From assembly GCA_038321965.1 (NCBI GenBank), contig JBBQFL010000016.1:12832-76831 (forward strand): DNA of 64,000 bases, written 5' to 3'. The first letter of the stretch is position 1. Each line of letters begins with the position of its first letter. Of the stretch, positions 17,560 to 27,734 are shown in pieces. The stretch is from Burkholderiales bacterium (GTDB taxonomy: Bacteria > Pseudomonadota > Gammaproteobacteria > Burkholderiales > Usitatibacteraceae). The notes beneath the pieces are model-generated. The model did not search any database and was not told where the DNA came from. It was given only the letters and a program-made list of their open reading frames with translations. Both the position numbers and the translations under genes were made by a program.

Positions 17560-19037
17560 TCACTCAATCCCGCAATAGCGGAGAGCGCGCGCTGCAATTC
17601 CTGTTTTAGCGCATCACGCGTATCAGCAATGTGCCCCAAGAGATTTTCGTATTCGGGCAGCAAGTGATCCACATCGCCGGGACCGGTGTCAGGATTGTGC
17701 GGATTTTTGAGGTCAAGATTGAAATTTCCCGCCTTGATCTGTTCGATGGAAACCCGCCAAGCCTGCTCGTTTTCCACGCGCGCTTTGAACCCATCGGATT
17801 CTTTTCCCCACCATGCGCGTTCCGCAGCAAATTCCTCAATGCGAATCGGCTTGCCCTTGTTGTAGCTCTTCGCACCCTCGGGATACGGGTGTTCGTAGTA
17901 CCAGACTGCCGTGGTCGGCGCGCCCTTGGTGAAGAACAGGAGATTGGTGCGAATACCGGTATACGGATTGAAGACACCGTTGGGCAAGCGGACGATGGTG
18001 TGCAGGTTGCAATCGGTGAGCAGCGCTTCCTTGATGCGAGTCTTCACGCCTTCTCCAAACAACGTGCCGTCCGGCAACACCAGCCCGGCGCGGCCACCGG
18101 GCTTGAGGATTTTCATCAGCAGGACAAGGAACAGATCGGCGGTCTCGCGGGTACGGAACTCGGAAGGGAAGTTGGATTCGATGCCGTCTTCCTCCATGCC
18201 GCCGAACGGGGGATTGGTGACGATCACGTCCACGCGCTCCTTTGGGCTCCAGTCGCGCAGCGGGCGTGCCAGCGTGTTGTCGTGCCGCACATTGGAAGGC
18301 ACGTCAATGCCGTGCAACAGCAGATTGGTCATGCACAGCACGTGTGGCAAATGTTTCTTTTCGATGCCGGCAAAGCAGTTCTGGATATGTTCCTCGTCGG
18401 CTTCAGTCTTGGCTTGCTTGCGCAGATGGTCGATGACGCAGGTGAGGAAGCCGCCCGTCCCGCAGGCCGGGTCCAGGATGGATTCGCGCTTCTTGAGGTT
18501 GGGATTGACCTGCTCGACGATGAACTGGGTGACGGCGCGCGGGGTATAGAACTCGCCCGCATTGCCGGCCGATTGCAGGTCCTTGAGAATTTTTTCGTAG
18601 ATGTCGCCAAACATGTGGCGGTCATCGGAGGCGTTGAAGTCGATGCCGTTGATCTTGTTGATCACCTGCCGCATCAAGGTGCCGTTCTTCATGTAGTTGT
18701 TGGCATCTTCAAACGTCATGCGGATCAGGCCGGCGATTTTGTCCGCGCCGCCGGTCAGTGACTTGAGCTTCGGCAGCAGGGTGTTGTTGACAAAATCCAG
18801 CAGCGCTTCGCCGGTGATGCCCTCTTCGTCCGTTGCCCAGCTGGACCAGCGCAGATGCTTGGGAAGCGGCGATTTGTAGTTGTCGCGGAGTACCGCCATC
18901 TCCTTCTCGCGGTCGTCAAAGATTTTGAGGAAGAACATCCAACCGAGTTGTTCGAGTCGTTGCGCGTCGCCGTAAGTGCCGGCGTCCTTGCGCATGATGT
19001 CCTGAATGGTTTTGACGATATTCGATACGTTGGCCAT
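17556..19037 (-). CDS. hsdM: Type I RM N6-adenine DNA methyltransferase HsdM
   Basis: HsdM N-terminal domain (MANVSNIVKTIQDIMRKDAG...), an AdoMet motif (DPACGTGGFL) and the catalytic NPPFGG. Confidence 0.9.
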   Translation of the reverse strand: MANVSNIVKTIQDIMRKDAGTYGDAQRLEQLGWMFFLKIFDDREKEMAVLRDNYKSPLPKHLRWSSWATDEEGITGEALLDFVNNTLLPKLKSLTGGADKIAGLIRMTFEDANNYMKNGTLMRQVINKINGIDFNASDDRHMFGDIYEKILKDLQSAGNAGEFYTPRAVTQFIVEQVNPNLKKRESILDPACGTGGFLTCVIDHLRKQAKTEADEEHIQNCFAGIEKKHLPHVLCMTNLLLHGIDVPSNVRHDNTLARPLRDWSPKERVDVIVTNPPFGGMEEDGIESNFPSEFRTRETADLFLVLLMKILKPGGRAGLVLPDGTLFGEGVKTRIKEALLTDCNLHTIVRLPNGVFNPYTGIRTNLLFFTKGAPTTAVWYYEHPYPEGAKSYNKGKPIRIEEFAAERAWWGKESDGFKARVENEQAWRVSIEQIKAGNFNLDLKNPHNPDTGPGDVDHLLPEYENLLGHIADTRDALKQELQRALSAIAGLSE

Positions 19038-19054
19038 TGGTTACGCTGCTTCCT

Positions 19055-21421
19055 TTATGCGGCTTGCTGATAGAGATGGGTTTCGAGTTCGAGAATGGCG
19101 GCAAGGTATTTTTCCCGGCCGCCGAAGAGGCCGACGATTTCCACCGGCGTACCAAATTTTGTGAGGGGATCGACCTTGAGAATTTCCAGCGATTCCACGC
19201 TCTTTAGGCCGGCATCGGAGTACTTATCCAGCAGGGCTTCCAGTACCGCGCGGGCCTTGTCGCCGAATTTGCCGAAGACATTGCGCTTGCGAACCCGGTC
19301 GGCGCGCTCCTTGCGCGTGAGGGGTTTTTGGTCAAAGGCGACATGGCAGATGAGATCGAAGGCGTCCATGTCCTGCCCCACTTGCTCGGCGAGCTCATCG
19401 ATGAATACACCGTGGTGCGAGAGTTCTTCGACAACCGCCTGCTTGCGCGTCGCTTCGTTCCAGGCGTTCAGGAACGCATTGAGCGAGGCGTATTCCTTGC
19501 GCACGGCTTTGCGCGTGAAGTCTTTCAGAGACTCGGTCAGCAGTTTGCCGTCGGCATCCAGATACTGGACGCGCTCGCTGATGATGCGGACTTCGACGTT
19601 GTCGACAACGTAGCAATGGCGGGGGTTGTCGGTCGACGGTGTATCCGGCAGGTGCACGACATCCATCCCGGTATCTGCTTCGGGTTCGTCCGCGGGCAAG
19701 GTGACGTCGTCAGGTGGCACGATTGGTTGATCGCCCTTCGGTTCGTAAATCTGCACCGGGTCGCCGTCGAAGTCCGGGTCGGCAAACGCGGCAGTCGCCC
19801 GCTTGAAGTCGATGATCGTGAAATAGAGCTTGCCGTAGTCTTCATTGATACGTGTGCCGCGGCCAATGATCTGCTTGAACTCGGTCATCGAATTAATCGT
19901 TTTGTCGAGCACGATGAGTCGACAGGTTTGTGCATCCACGCCGGTGGACATGAGCTGAGACGTTGTAACAAGGACCGGGTAGGTCGATTCCGGGTCAATG
20001 AAGTTGTCGAGTTGCTGCTTGCCTTCATCGTTGTCACCCGTAATGCGCATGACGTACTTGCTGTTGGCCGCTGCCAGATCGGGGTTGGCGTTGACGAGTG
20101 CCTGGCGCATCCGTTCGGCGTGCGCAATGGTTTCACAGAAAATGATTGTCTTTGCGTAGCGGTCTGTTGCCTTCAAAAATTCGGTGATCCGTTGAGCGAC
20201 AACGATATTGCGCTTGGTCAGAACCAGCGTTCGATCGAAGTCGCGCTCGTTGTATTCGCGGTCCTCGATCAATTCGCCGTTGCGATCAGTCTGGCCCTTT
20301 TCGGGTCGCCAACCTTCGAGATCCTTGTCCAGTCCAATGCGGATAACTTTGTACGGCGCGAGGAAACCATCGGCGATGCCCTGCTTGAGCGAGTAGGTAT
20401 AAACGGGTGCGCCGAAGTAGTGGATGTTGGAGACGTATTTGGTTTCTTTCGGTGTAGCGGTCATGCCGATCTGCGTGGCCGATGAGAAGTAGTTCAGGAT
20501 GTCGCGCCAAGCCGCGTCGTCCGCTGCGCTCCCGCGATGACACTCGTCTACGACAATGAGATCAAAGAAGTCAGGCGAAAACTGCCTGTAGATATTTTGT
20601 TCCACTTCTGTACCGGTTACTGCCTGGTACAGCGCCAGGTAAATCTCATACGACTTGTCGACCGTGCGATTGGTAATCTTGGTCATCGCCTTGCCGAAGG
20701 GCTTGAAGTCGTTGGTCTTGGTCTGGTCGGCGAGGATGTTCCGATCAACGAGGAACAGAATGCGTTTCTTCGCGCCGGACTTCCACAGGCGCCAAATAAT
20801 CTGGAAGGCGGTGTAGGTTTTACCGGTTCCGGTCGCCATGACCAGCAGCAGGCGTTTCTGGCCCTGGACGATCGCCTCTACCGTGCGGTTGATGGCGATC
20901 TGCTGGTAATAGCGCGGGCCTTTCCCGGAGACGTCGTCGTAGTACTCTTGTGAGGCGACGGCAACTTGCGCAACTGAGTAGCCTTTCCACTTGCAATAGC
21001 GCGCCCAGAGTTGCTCCGGCGTCGGAAACGCATCAAGCGCGATTTCCCTTTCCACCGCGCCTGTCGTAACTGTGCGGTCGTGCTCCAGAAAGGCATCGCC
21101 ATTCGAGCTGTACACAAACGGGATGTCGAGAGTCTCGGCGTATTCGAGCGCATGCTGCATACCATCGCCGACTTTGTGCGTGTTGTCTTTCGCTTCGACA
21201 ACTGCGATCGGCATGCCAGGTTTGTAATACAAAACGTAGTCGGCCTTGCTCGCTTCGCCGCGCTTCACTGTCTTGCCGCGAACGATCACTCGCCCCTTCG
21301 TGAAGTAGACCTCCTCACGAAGTTGCGTCATCACATTCCATTTCTCGCTAGAACTTCCAACGATGGCGGGCGTGATGAATTTGGTACGTATGTCGGCTTC
21401 AGTAAGCGCTTTTTTGTTCAC
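19055..21421 (-). CDS. hsdR: Type I restriction endonuclease subunit HsdR
   Basis: N-terminal HsdR/Res domain (MNKKALTEADIRTKFITPAI...), helicase motifs (Walker A MATGTGKT, DEAD-box DECHR) and a C-terminal HsdR domain. Confidence 0.9.
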   Translation of the reverse strand: MNKKALTEADIRTKFITPAIVGSSSEKWNVMTQLREEVYFTKGRVIVRGKTVKRGEASKADYVLYYKPGMPIAVVEAKDNTHKVGDGMQHALEYAETLDIPFVYSSNGDAFLEHDRTVTTGAVEREIALDAFPTPEQLWARYCKWKGYSVAQVAVASQEYYDDVSGKGPRYYQQIAINRTVEAIVQGQKRLLLVMATGTGKTYTAFQIIWRLWKSGAKKRILFLVDRNILADQTKTNDFKPFGKAMTKITNRTVDKSYEIYLALYQAVTGTEVEQNIYRQFSPDFFDLIVVDECHRGSAADDAAWRDILNYFSSATQIGMTATPKETKYVSNIHYFGAPVYTYSLKQGIADGFLAPYKVIRIGLDKDLEGWRPEKGQTDRNGELIEDREYNERDFDRTLVLTKRNIVVAQRITEFLKATDRYAKTIIFCETIAHAERMRQALVNANPDLAAANSKYVMRITGDNDEGKQQLDNFIDPESTYPVLVTTSQLMSTGVDAQTCRLIVLDKTINSMTEFKQIIGRGTRINEDYGKLYFTIIDFKRATAAFADPDFDGDPVQIYEPKGDQPIVPPDDVTLPADEPEADTGMDVVHLPDTPSTDNPRHCYVVDNVEVRIISERVQYLDADGKLLTESLKDFTRKAVRKEYASLNAFLNAWNEATRKQAVVEELSHHGVFIDELAEQVGQDMDAFDLICHVAFDQKPLTRKERADRVRKRNVFGKFGDKARAVLEALLDKYSDAGLKSVESLEILKVDPLTKFGTPVEIVGLFGGREKYLAAILELETHLYQQAA

Positions 21422-21446
21422 GTGGGATGTGACGAGCTATTCGCAA

Positions 21447-21510
21447 AACTCTAGCACTGGAGAGCCTCTCAGGCCGAAAGTACTTTGAAATGTGCGCCGG
21501 TGCTAGAGTT
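21447..21510. repeat. REP/MITE-like palindromic intergenic element, copy 2
   Basis: Arms AACTCTAGCACTGG (21447-21460) and CCGGTGCTAGAGTT (21497-21510), 26 bp upstream of the hsdR start. Homologous to the elements at 4839-4904 and 57934-57998. Confidence 0.5.
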
Positions 21511-21643
21511 TGTTGTTATTGTGCCATTGAACTATTTTTCTATCGTACTACATCGCCTTCCTTTAAATACCTAACCATGGAAGTAGATTACGGCCCAAAA
21601 TTGTCGCGTCGCGTCGCCTCGCCAGTCGTTTCCGTCCAAGCTG

Positions 21644-21964
21644 CTACGCCGCAAGCCGCTGCACACGCGGCATGGGCTTGTTCATCACTTGCCACAAATC
21701 GTATTGCATCTGCAGTCCCAGCCACAGGTCAGCACTCGTACCCAGTGCCTTCGACAGGCGGACGGCCATTTCCGCGCTTACGCCAGCGCGACCATTCACC
21801 ACAGCTGACAACGCCTGTCGCGTCACGCCTAGCCTGGTGGCGACTTCAACCAGCGTCATTGCCTCTGGCAAATACTCCCGAAGGACTTCGCCGGGGTGCG
21901 GGGGATTGTGCTGTTTGCAAGTATTGTCCTCAGTGGCAATCCAGGTAATCGACCAACTCGACAT
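21644..21964 (-). CDS. higA: HigA-type (COG3093) XRE-HTH antitoxin
   Basis: NPPHPGEVLREYL...LGVTRQALSAVVNGRAGVSAEMAVRLSKALGTSADLWLGLQ is the classic HigA sequence. The real start is probably downstream of the annotated ATG, which lies inside the higB remnant. Confidence 0.7.
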   Translation of the reverse strand: MSSWSITWIATEDNTCKQHNPPHPGEVLREYLPEAMTLVEVATRLGVTRQALSAVVNGRAGVSAEMAVRLSKALGTSADLWLGLQMQYDLWQVMNKPMPRVQRLAA

Positions 21965-22076
21965 CCGGGCCTACAAATCGAAAAACAAAGCGCCAATTAT
22001 CATTCAAGACAATCGACTGGTGACCTTGATTCTCAGCGGCAAAAAACAATTTGCGATGCTTGCCTTCTAGCTTTGG
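21929..22076 (-). pseudogene. higB: Truncated higB (RelE/ParE-fold killer toxin), C-terminal half only
   Basis: Minus-strand frame translates to ...GHQSIVLNDNWRFVFRFVGPDVELVDYLDCH*, which is a HigB C-terminus. A stop lies immediately upstream, and the expected N-terminal half is occupied by the 3' end of hipA. Confidence 0.5.
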
Positions 22077-23317
22077 TCACCACCCGAAAACGCCGGCCCC
22101 ATCAAGCTGATATCGGCCTTGCCAATGCCACCCTTGCGCGCAAATTCAGGCCATTCTTGCACAACGCTTCGAATCTCCTCGATCATGGTTTTCGCTGCGG
22201 CTTCTTGCAAACCGTAGTACGCGGCCATCGCAATCGCCGTTTCCAGATCCGGTCGATTGTCCGACTCATCAATGGCCAGCGCGTGGTCCGACTTTTCAAT
22301 GTTGGGGTTCATGTCATAGGCCGGGGAAAGCCGCCAGCCATCCGCGGTCAGGATGAACCCGTGGTTTCTCAGGTGATCATCGCGATTGCCGACCATGATG
22401 TTGAACACAACACGCTTGAACAATTGAGCCAGATCGGTGGCGATCTGATTTCTGGCACCGCTCTTCTGAATGAACTCGGCAATTTCCAGATAGCTTCCTG
22501 TCGCGCCATCAGACTTTCGCAGCAGCGTCATCGCAGAGGAGAAGAACCGACGCCGTCCAGCGGCACGGTCAAACCGTTTGACGCAAAACGTGTGGTGTGC
22601 AGAAGCGAGCTTCATGACACGAGCCTCGGGGACCTCGATGCCCGCGGCGCTTGCAAGTTGGTGCACCACCCACTCCCAGCCACCAACATCGCGCACGTCT
22701 TCACGGCTGGGAAACTTGGCGATCCACAGGCTGCCATCCTTATCCGTAAAGTTCGCTTTGGGGCGAGCGCCACCGAGAGACGCGCCCGGCGCGACCAGGA
22801 CGGCGAGCCACTTTCTCAATTTTGCCAGGTTGTCGATTTTCTTCGCGCTCAACTCGAACGCGATCGCCTCCATCTCGCGCAAACTTGTCAAGGGCGGCGC
22901 CGATAACGGGTGCGCTGCCAAGAATCCCGCGTTCGCGTTCCGTCGAAAGCGCAGCGCGCCCTGGCGTGTCGCATCTTGCACGCCGAGCAGAAAGTCCCAC
23001 GCATGCAGCGTGCGCGGGGCGCGGCGCTCGTCCTTTGCTTCAAGCGCTTCGCGCCGCTGCATCAGCACCTGACCCCAACGATCCGGTGAAGAGTCGAGGA
23101 ATACGCCGAAATTGCCCACTTCCGGTTTGGGAAAAAATGGTGCCTTGTCCAGTTTGAGGTCGGGATCCAATTCAAACGCGATTCGCTGTTTCAACCACTC
23201 ATCATGGTAGCGAAAGCGCACTTGCCCACGGTCATGCGAGAGACTGCCGACCAACTGGAGTTCGCCGACTATGTCAGCGTCGATCCAGACCTCAAGCGCG
23301 GACGGGTCAAGTTTCAT
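22067..23317 (-). CDS. hipA: HipA-family serine/threonine kinase toxin
   Basis: HipA N- and C-terminal domains (GGARPKANF, DDHLRNHGF). Start is taken at MKLDPSALEVW (23317), which overlaps hipB by 11 nt. Confidence 0.8.
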   Translation of the reverse strand: MKLDPSALEVWIDADIVGELQLVGSLSHDRGQVRFRYHDEWLKQRIAFELDPDLKLDKAPFFPKPEVGNFGVFLDSSPDRWGQVLMQRREALEAKDERRAPRTLHAWDFLLGVQDATRQGALRFRRNANAGFLAAHPLSAPPLTSLREMEAIAFELSAKKIDNLAKLRKWLAVLVAPGASLGGARPKANFTDKDGSLWIAKFPSREDVRDVGGWEWVVHQLASAAGIEVPEARVMKLASAHHTFCVKRFDRAAGRRRFFSSAMTLLRKSDGATGSYLEIAEFIQKSGARNQIATDLAQLFKRVVFNIMVGNRDDHLRNHGFILTADGWRLSPAYDMNPNIEKSDHALAIDESDNRPDLETAIAMAAYYGLQEAAAKTMIEEIRSVVQEWPEFARKGGIGKADISLMGPAFSGGDQS

Positions 23318-23627
23318 TCGGCACCCGGCTCTTTCGTGTCCGCGGAAGTTCCAGATCCTGAAGGCGACGCCCGAGTTCGTCGTCTTTCGCGATAAGGGCA
23401 AGGTCGTTTTCCAGTCGCAACACGCCAAGAATTTTCGAGTAAGTGCCCAGTGTGACTGCGGAATCACCCTTCTCCGCACGATGCAACGTGACCCGCGAGA
23501 TACCCGCGCGTTCCGCCACAATCTCCGCAGAGAATTTGCGTCGCAAGCGCGCCAGACGCAACCGCTCGCCGAGGCCGGTCAGCAGGGCTCGTTCAGAGGC
23601 GAATGTGGGTTGAGCTTTGGCAGGCAT
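23307..23627 (-). CDS. hipB: HipB-like XRE-HTH antitoxin
   Basis: LRLARLRRKFSAEIVAERAGISRVTLHRAEKG is an HTH_XRE. Lies directly upstream of hipA and overlaps it. Confidence 0.7.
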   Translation of the reverse strand: MPAKAQPTFASERALLTGLGERLRLARLRRKFSAEIVAERAGISRVTLHRAEKGDSAVTLGTYSKILGVLRLENDLALIAKDDELGRRLQDLELPRTRKSRVPNET

Positions 23628-23639
23628 AATGTTTCATAT

Positions 23640-23669
23640 TATATACAATTTATTAATTTTATGTATATA
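23640..23669. promoter_or_regulatory. Inverted repeat TATATACA-N14-TGTATATA in an AT-rich region upstream of hipB; candidate operator/promoter
   Basis: Arms at 23640-23647 and 23662-23669, 13-42 bp upstream of the hipB start. Confidence 0.3.
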
Positions 23670-23823
23670 ACAATTATCATATCGTGCGGATTGCAGACTA
23701 GCCCGCCGCAAGCGTCTTGCAAAGTAAGTAGCGCCCGGCAAAGCCAAGGGCTTTAGGTTTTCCAGCGTTTTGGGATTTCCGCTTTTGCCACGATGATGGA
23801 ACAACACCAGGCTGCCTGCATCC

Positions 23824-25116
23824 TCAATCCACAAACAACGTCCCCGGGCACTCAAGATATCCCCGCAACACTTGCACAAACTGCGCCGCATGCATGCCAT
23901 CGACTACCCGATGATCGAATGACGAAGACAAGTTCATCATTTGCCTAGCAACCACGGCTCCACCACGGATCATCGGCCTCTCGACGATACGGTTGATGCC
24001 GATGATCGCCACCTCCGGGTGATTGATCACCGGCGTGGAGACGATTCCGCCCAGGGCGCCGAGACTGGTAATGGTGATGGTGGATCCCGACAGCTCGTTG
24101 CGCGTCACCTTTCCGTCACGCGCTGCATCCGCCAGCCGCGCTACCTCGTTGGCGCAGGACCACAAGTCACGCGCCTCGGCATGCCGCACCACCGGTACCA
24201 TCAGGCCGGAGTCGGTCTGCGTGGCGATGCCAAGATGCACGGCGCCGTAGCGGGTGATCACATCGGCATCGTCGTCATAGCGCGAATTGGTCTGGGGAAA
24301 TTCGCGCACCGCTAGCACCACCGCACGCATCAGGAACGGTAACAGGGTCAGGCGTCCTCGTTGCTTCGCCCATGTGGTGTTCAAGCGGGCGCGCAAGGCT
24401 TCCAACTCGGTCACATCCACTTCCTCGACATAGGTGAAATGCGGGATACGGCGCTTGGACTCCTGCATCTTGCGCGCAATCCTGCGTCGCAGGCCGATCA
24501 CGGGCACCTGTTCTTCATCGTTGCGCTCGGCGTGGCGTTGGTCCGCCTTTACGTCGCTGCGCCCTTTCGATGGCGGTGGCGCATGAGCATCGAGGTCCGC
24601 CTGCATGATGCGTCCGCCGGCTCCGGTCCCGTGTACCTGCTGTAAATCGACTCCCAATTCCCACGCTCGTCGCCGCACCGAAGGCGAGGCGATGGGTTTG
24701 TCAGCCACCTTGACCGCTGGCAGCATCGCGGAAGAAACCGCCACATTACGCGGCGCGACGGCAGCGGCGACAGGTTTCCGGGGTGTTTCTGCCGCCACCG
24801 TTCCAGTAGCTGGTGGAGACGCGGCCGCCGGCACCACCGCCTTCGCAGCGGCATCAACTTTTACATTGCCCGCACCTTCCACTTCGATCCGTATCACTTC
24901 CGCGCCGACGGCGACGACCTGACCGGCCACGCCTCCCAGCGCCACCACTTTGCCTGTCACCGGTGACGGTATCTCGACGGTTGCCTTATCCGTCATCACA
25001 TCCACGAGGGCCTGATCCTCAACCACCATGTCACCGACCTTCACATGCCATGCGGCCAGTTCCACCTCGGCGATGCCTTCGCCGATGTCCGGCATCTTGA
25101 TGATGTGTATTCCCAT
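23824..25116 (-). CDS. bkdB: Branched-chain alpha-keto acid dehydrogenase E2 (dihydrolipoamide acyltransferase)
   Basis: Lipoyl domain (DIGEGIAEVELAAWHVKVGD...DKAT), an Ala/Pro linker, an E3-binding domain, and a catalytic domain with DHRVVDG. Confidence 0.85.
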   Translation of the reverse strand: MGIHIIKMPDIGEGIAEVELAAWHVKVGDMVVEDQALVDVMTDKATVEIPSPVTGKVVALGGVAGQVVAVGAEVIRIEVEGAGNVKVDAAAKAVVPAAASPPATGTVAAETPRKPVAAAVAPRNVAVSSAMLPAVKVADKPIASPSVRRRAWELGVDLQQVHGTGAGGRIMQADLDAHAPPPSKGRSDVKADQRHAERNDEEQVPVIGLRRRIARKMQESKRRIPHFTYVEEVDVTELEALRARLNTTWAKQRGRLTLLPFLMRAVVLAVREFPQTNSRYDDDADVITRYGAVHLGIATQTDSGLMVPVVRHAEARDLWSCANEVARLADAARDGKVTRNELSGSTITITSLGALGGIVSTPVINHPEVAIIGINRIVERPMIRGGAVVARQMMNLSSSFDHRVVDGMHAAQFVQVLRGYLECPGTLFVD

Positions 25117-25119
25117 CGA

Positions 25120-26184
25120 TCAGGACTCCATGACTCTTTTGAACGCGGCAGCGACCCGCGCCGGTCCCGGGAAATAATCCCATTCCTGCGCATGAGGATA
25201 CGGGGTGTCCCAGCCGGTCACCCGCTCGACGGGCGCTTCCAGGTGATAGAAGCAATGCTCCTGTACCAGCGCCACCAGTTCGGCGCCGAAGCCGCTGGTG
25301 CGGGTCGCCTCGTGCACCACCACACAACGGCCGGTCTTTTTCACGGACGCGACGATGGCGTCGAGATCCAATGGCCAGATGCTGCGCAGGTCAATGATTT
25401 CGGCATCGATCCCGCTCTCATTGGCGGCGGCCTCGGAGACAAACACCATCGTGCCGTATGCAATCACGGTCAGATCCTTACCGGGTCTGAATACTGCGGC
25501 CGTTTCCAGCGGCACGGTGTAATAGCCCTCGGGCACCTCACCCATCGGATGTTTGGACCAAGGCACCACGGGCTTGTCGTGATGACCATCAAATGGCCCG
25601 TTGTACAGGCGCTTGGGCTCCAGAAAAATCACCGGGTCGTCGTTCTCGATGGACGCAATCAGCAAGCCCTTGGCGTCGTACGGATTGGACGGCATCACGG
25701 TACGTATTCCACAGACCTGCGTGAACATGGCCTCCGGGCTCTGGCTGTGCGTCTGCCCGCCGTAAATTCCACCGCCGCAGGGCATACGGATGGTGATGGG
25801 TGCCGTGAAATCCCCGACCGAGCGAAAGCGCAAACGCGCCGCTTCCGATACGATCTGGTCGGTGGCCGGATAAACGTAATCGGCAAACTGGATTTCCACG
25901 ACCGGGCGCAGCCCATAAGCACCCATGCCCACGGCGGTGCCAACGATGCCACCTTCGGAGATCGGCGAATCGAACACGCGCGACGTACCGTATTTTTTCT
26001 GCAGTCCTTCGGTGCAACGGAACACGCCGCCGAAATAGCCCACGTCCTGGCCGTAGATGACCACGTTGTCGTCGCGCGCCAGCATCACGTCCATGGCCGA
26101 GCGCAAGGCCTGGATCATGGTCATCGGCGTCGTTTTCACAGCCGCACCATCTTCTTCAATCATGGATTTGACGTCGTCCTTCAT
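25120..26184 (-). CDS. bkdA2: 2-oxoisovalerate dehydrogenase E1 beta subunit
   Basis: Transketolase-like pyrimidine-binding and C-terminal domains. Start is taken at MKDDVK..., 2 nt after the E1alpha stop; the longer ORF extension is probably not translated. Confidence 0.85.
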   Translation of the reverse strand: MKDDVKSMIEEDGAAVKTTPMTMIQALRSAMDVMLARDDNVVIYGQDVGYFGGVFRCTEGLQKKYGTSRVFDSPISEGGIVGTAVGMGAYGLRPVVEIQFADYVYPATDQIVSEAARLRFRSVGDFTAPITIRMPCGGGIYGGQTHSQSPEAMFTQVCGIRTVMPSNPYDAKGLLIASIENDDPVIFLEPKRLYNGPFDGHHDKPVVPWSKHPMGEVPEGYYTVPLETAAVFRPGKDLTVIAYGTMVFVSEAAANESGIDAEIIDLRSIWPLDLDAIVASVKKTGRCVVVHEATRTSGFGAELVALVQEHCFYHLEAPVERVTGWDTPYPHAQEWDYFPGPARVAAAFKRVMES

Positions 26185-26186
26185 GA

Positions 26187-27566
<1,380 letters not shown>

Positions 27567-27734
27567 CTATTTTTTGCGGGCGGAGGTTTTTCGAACGGGC
27601 AGTCAAACCCGCTCATTCACACGCCATTCCGGGAAAAGACGGCTGGCGAGGCGCGCCGGATGGCGATCTACGCTTATTTTGCGCAGGCAACAATGCGTGG
27701 TTCACACGCCCAAACTCCTGCGTTTCGCTTTCTC

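Noticed and set aside
17631-18761. 376-aa ORF on the plus strand antisense to hsdM. Similar long antisense ORFs occur opposite hsdR (19328-20485), the S9 peptidase (3522-4748), E1beta (25045-26298) and cphA.
   Set aside because: These are shadow ORFs typical of GC-rich coding DNA. Their translations are low-complexity (Arg/Ala/Gly-rich) with no motifs, and the opposite-strand genes have strong family signatures.
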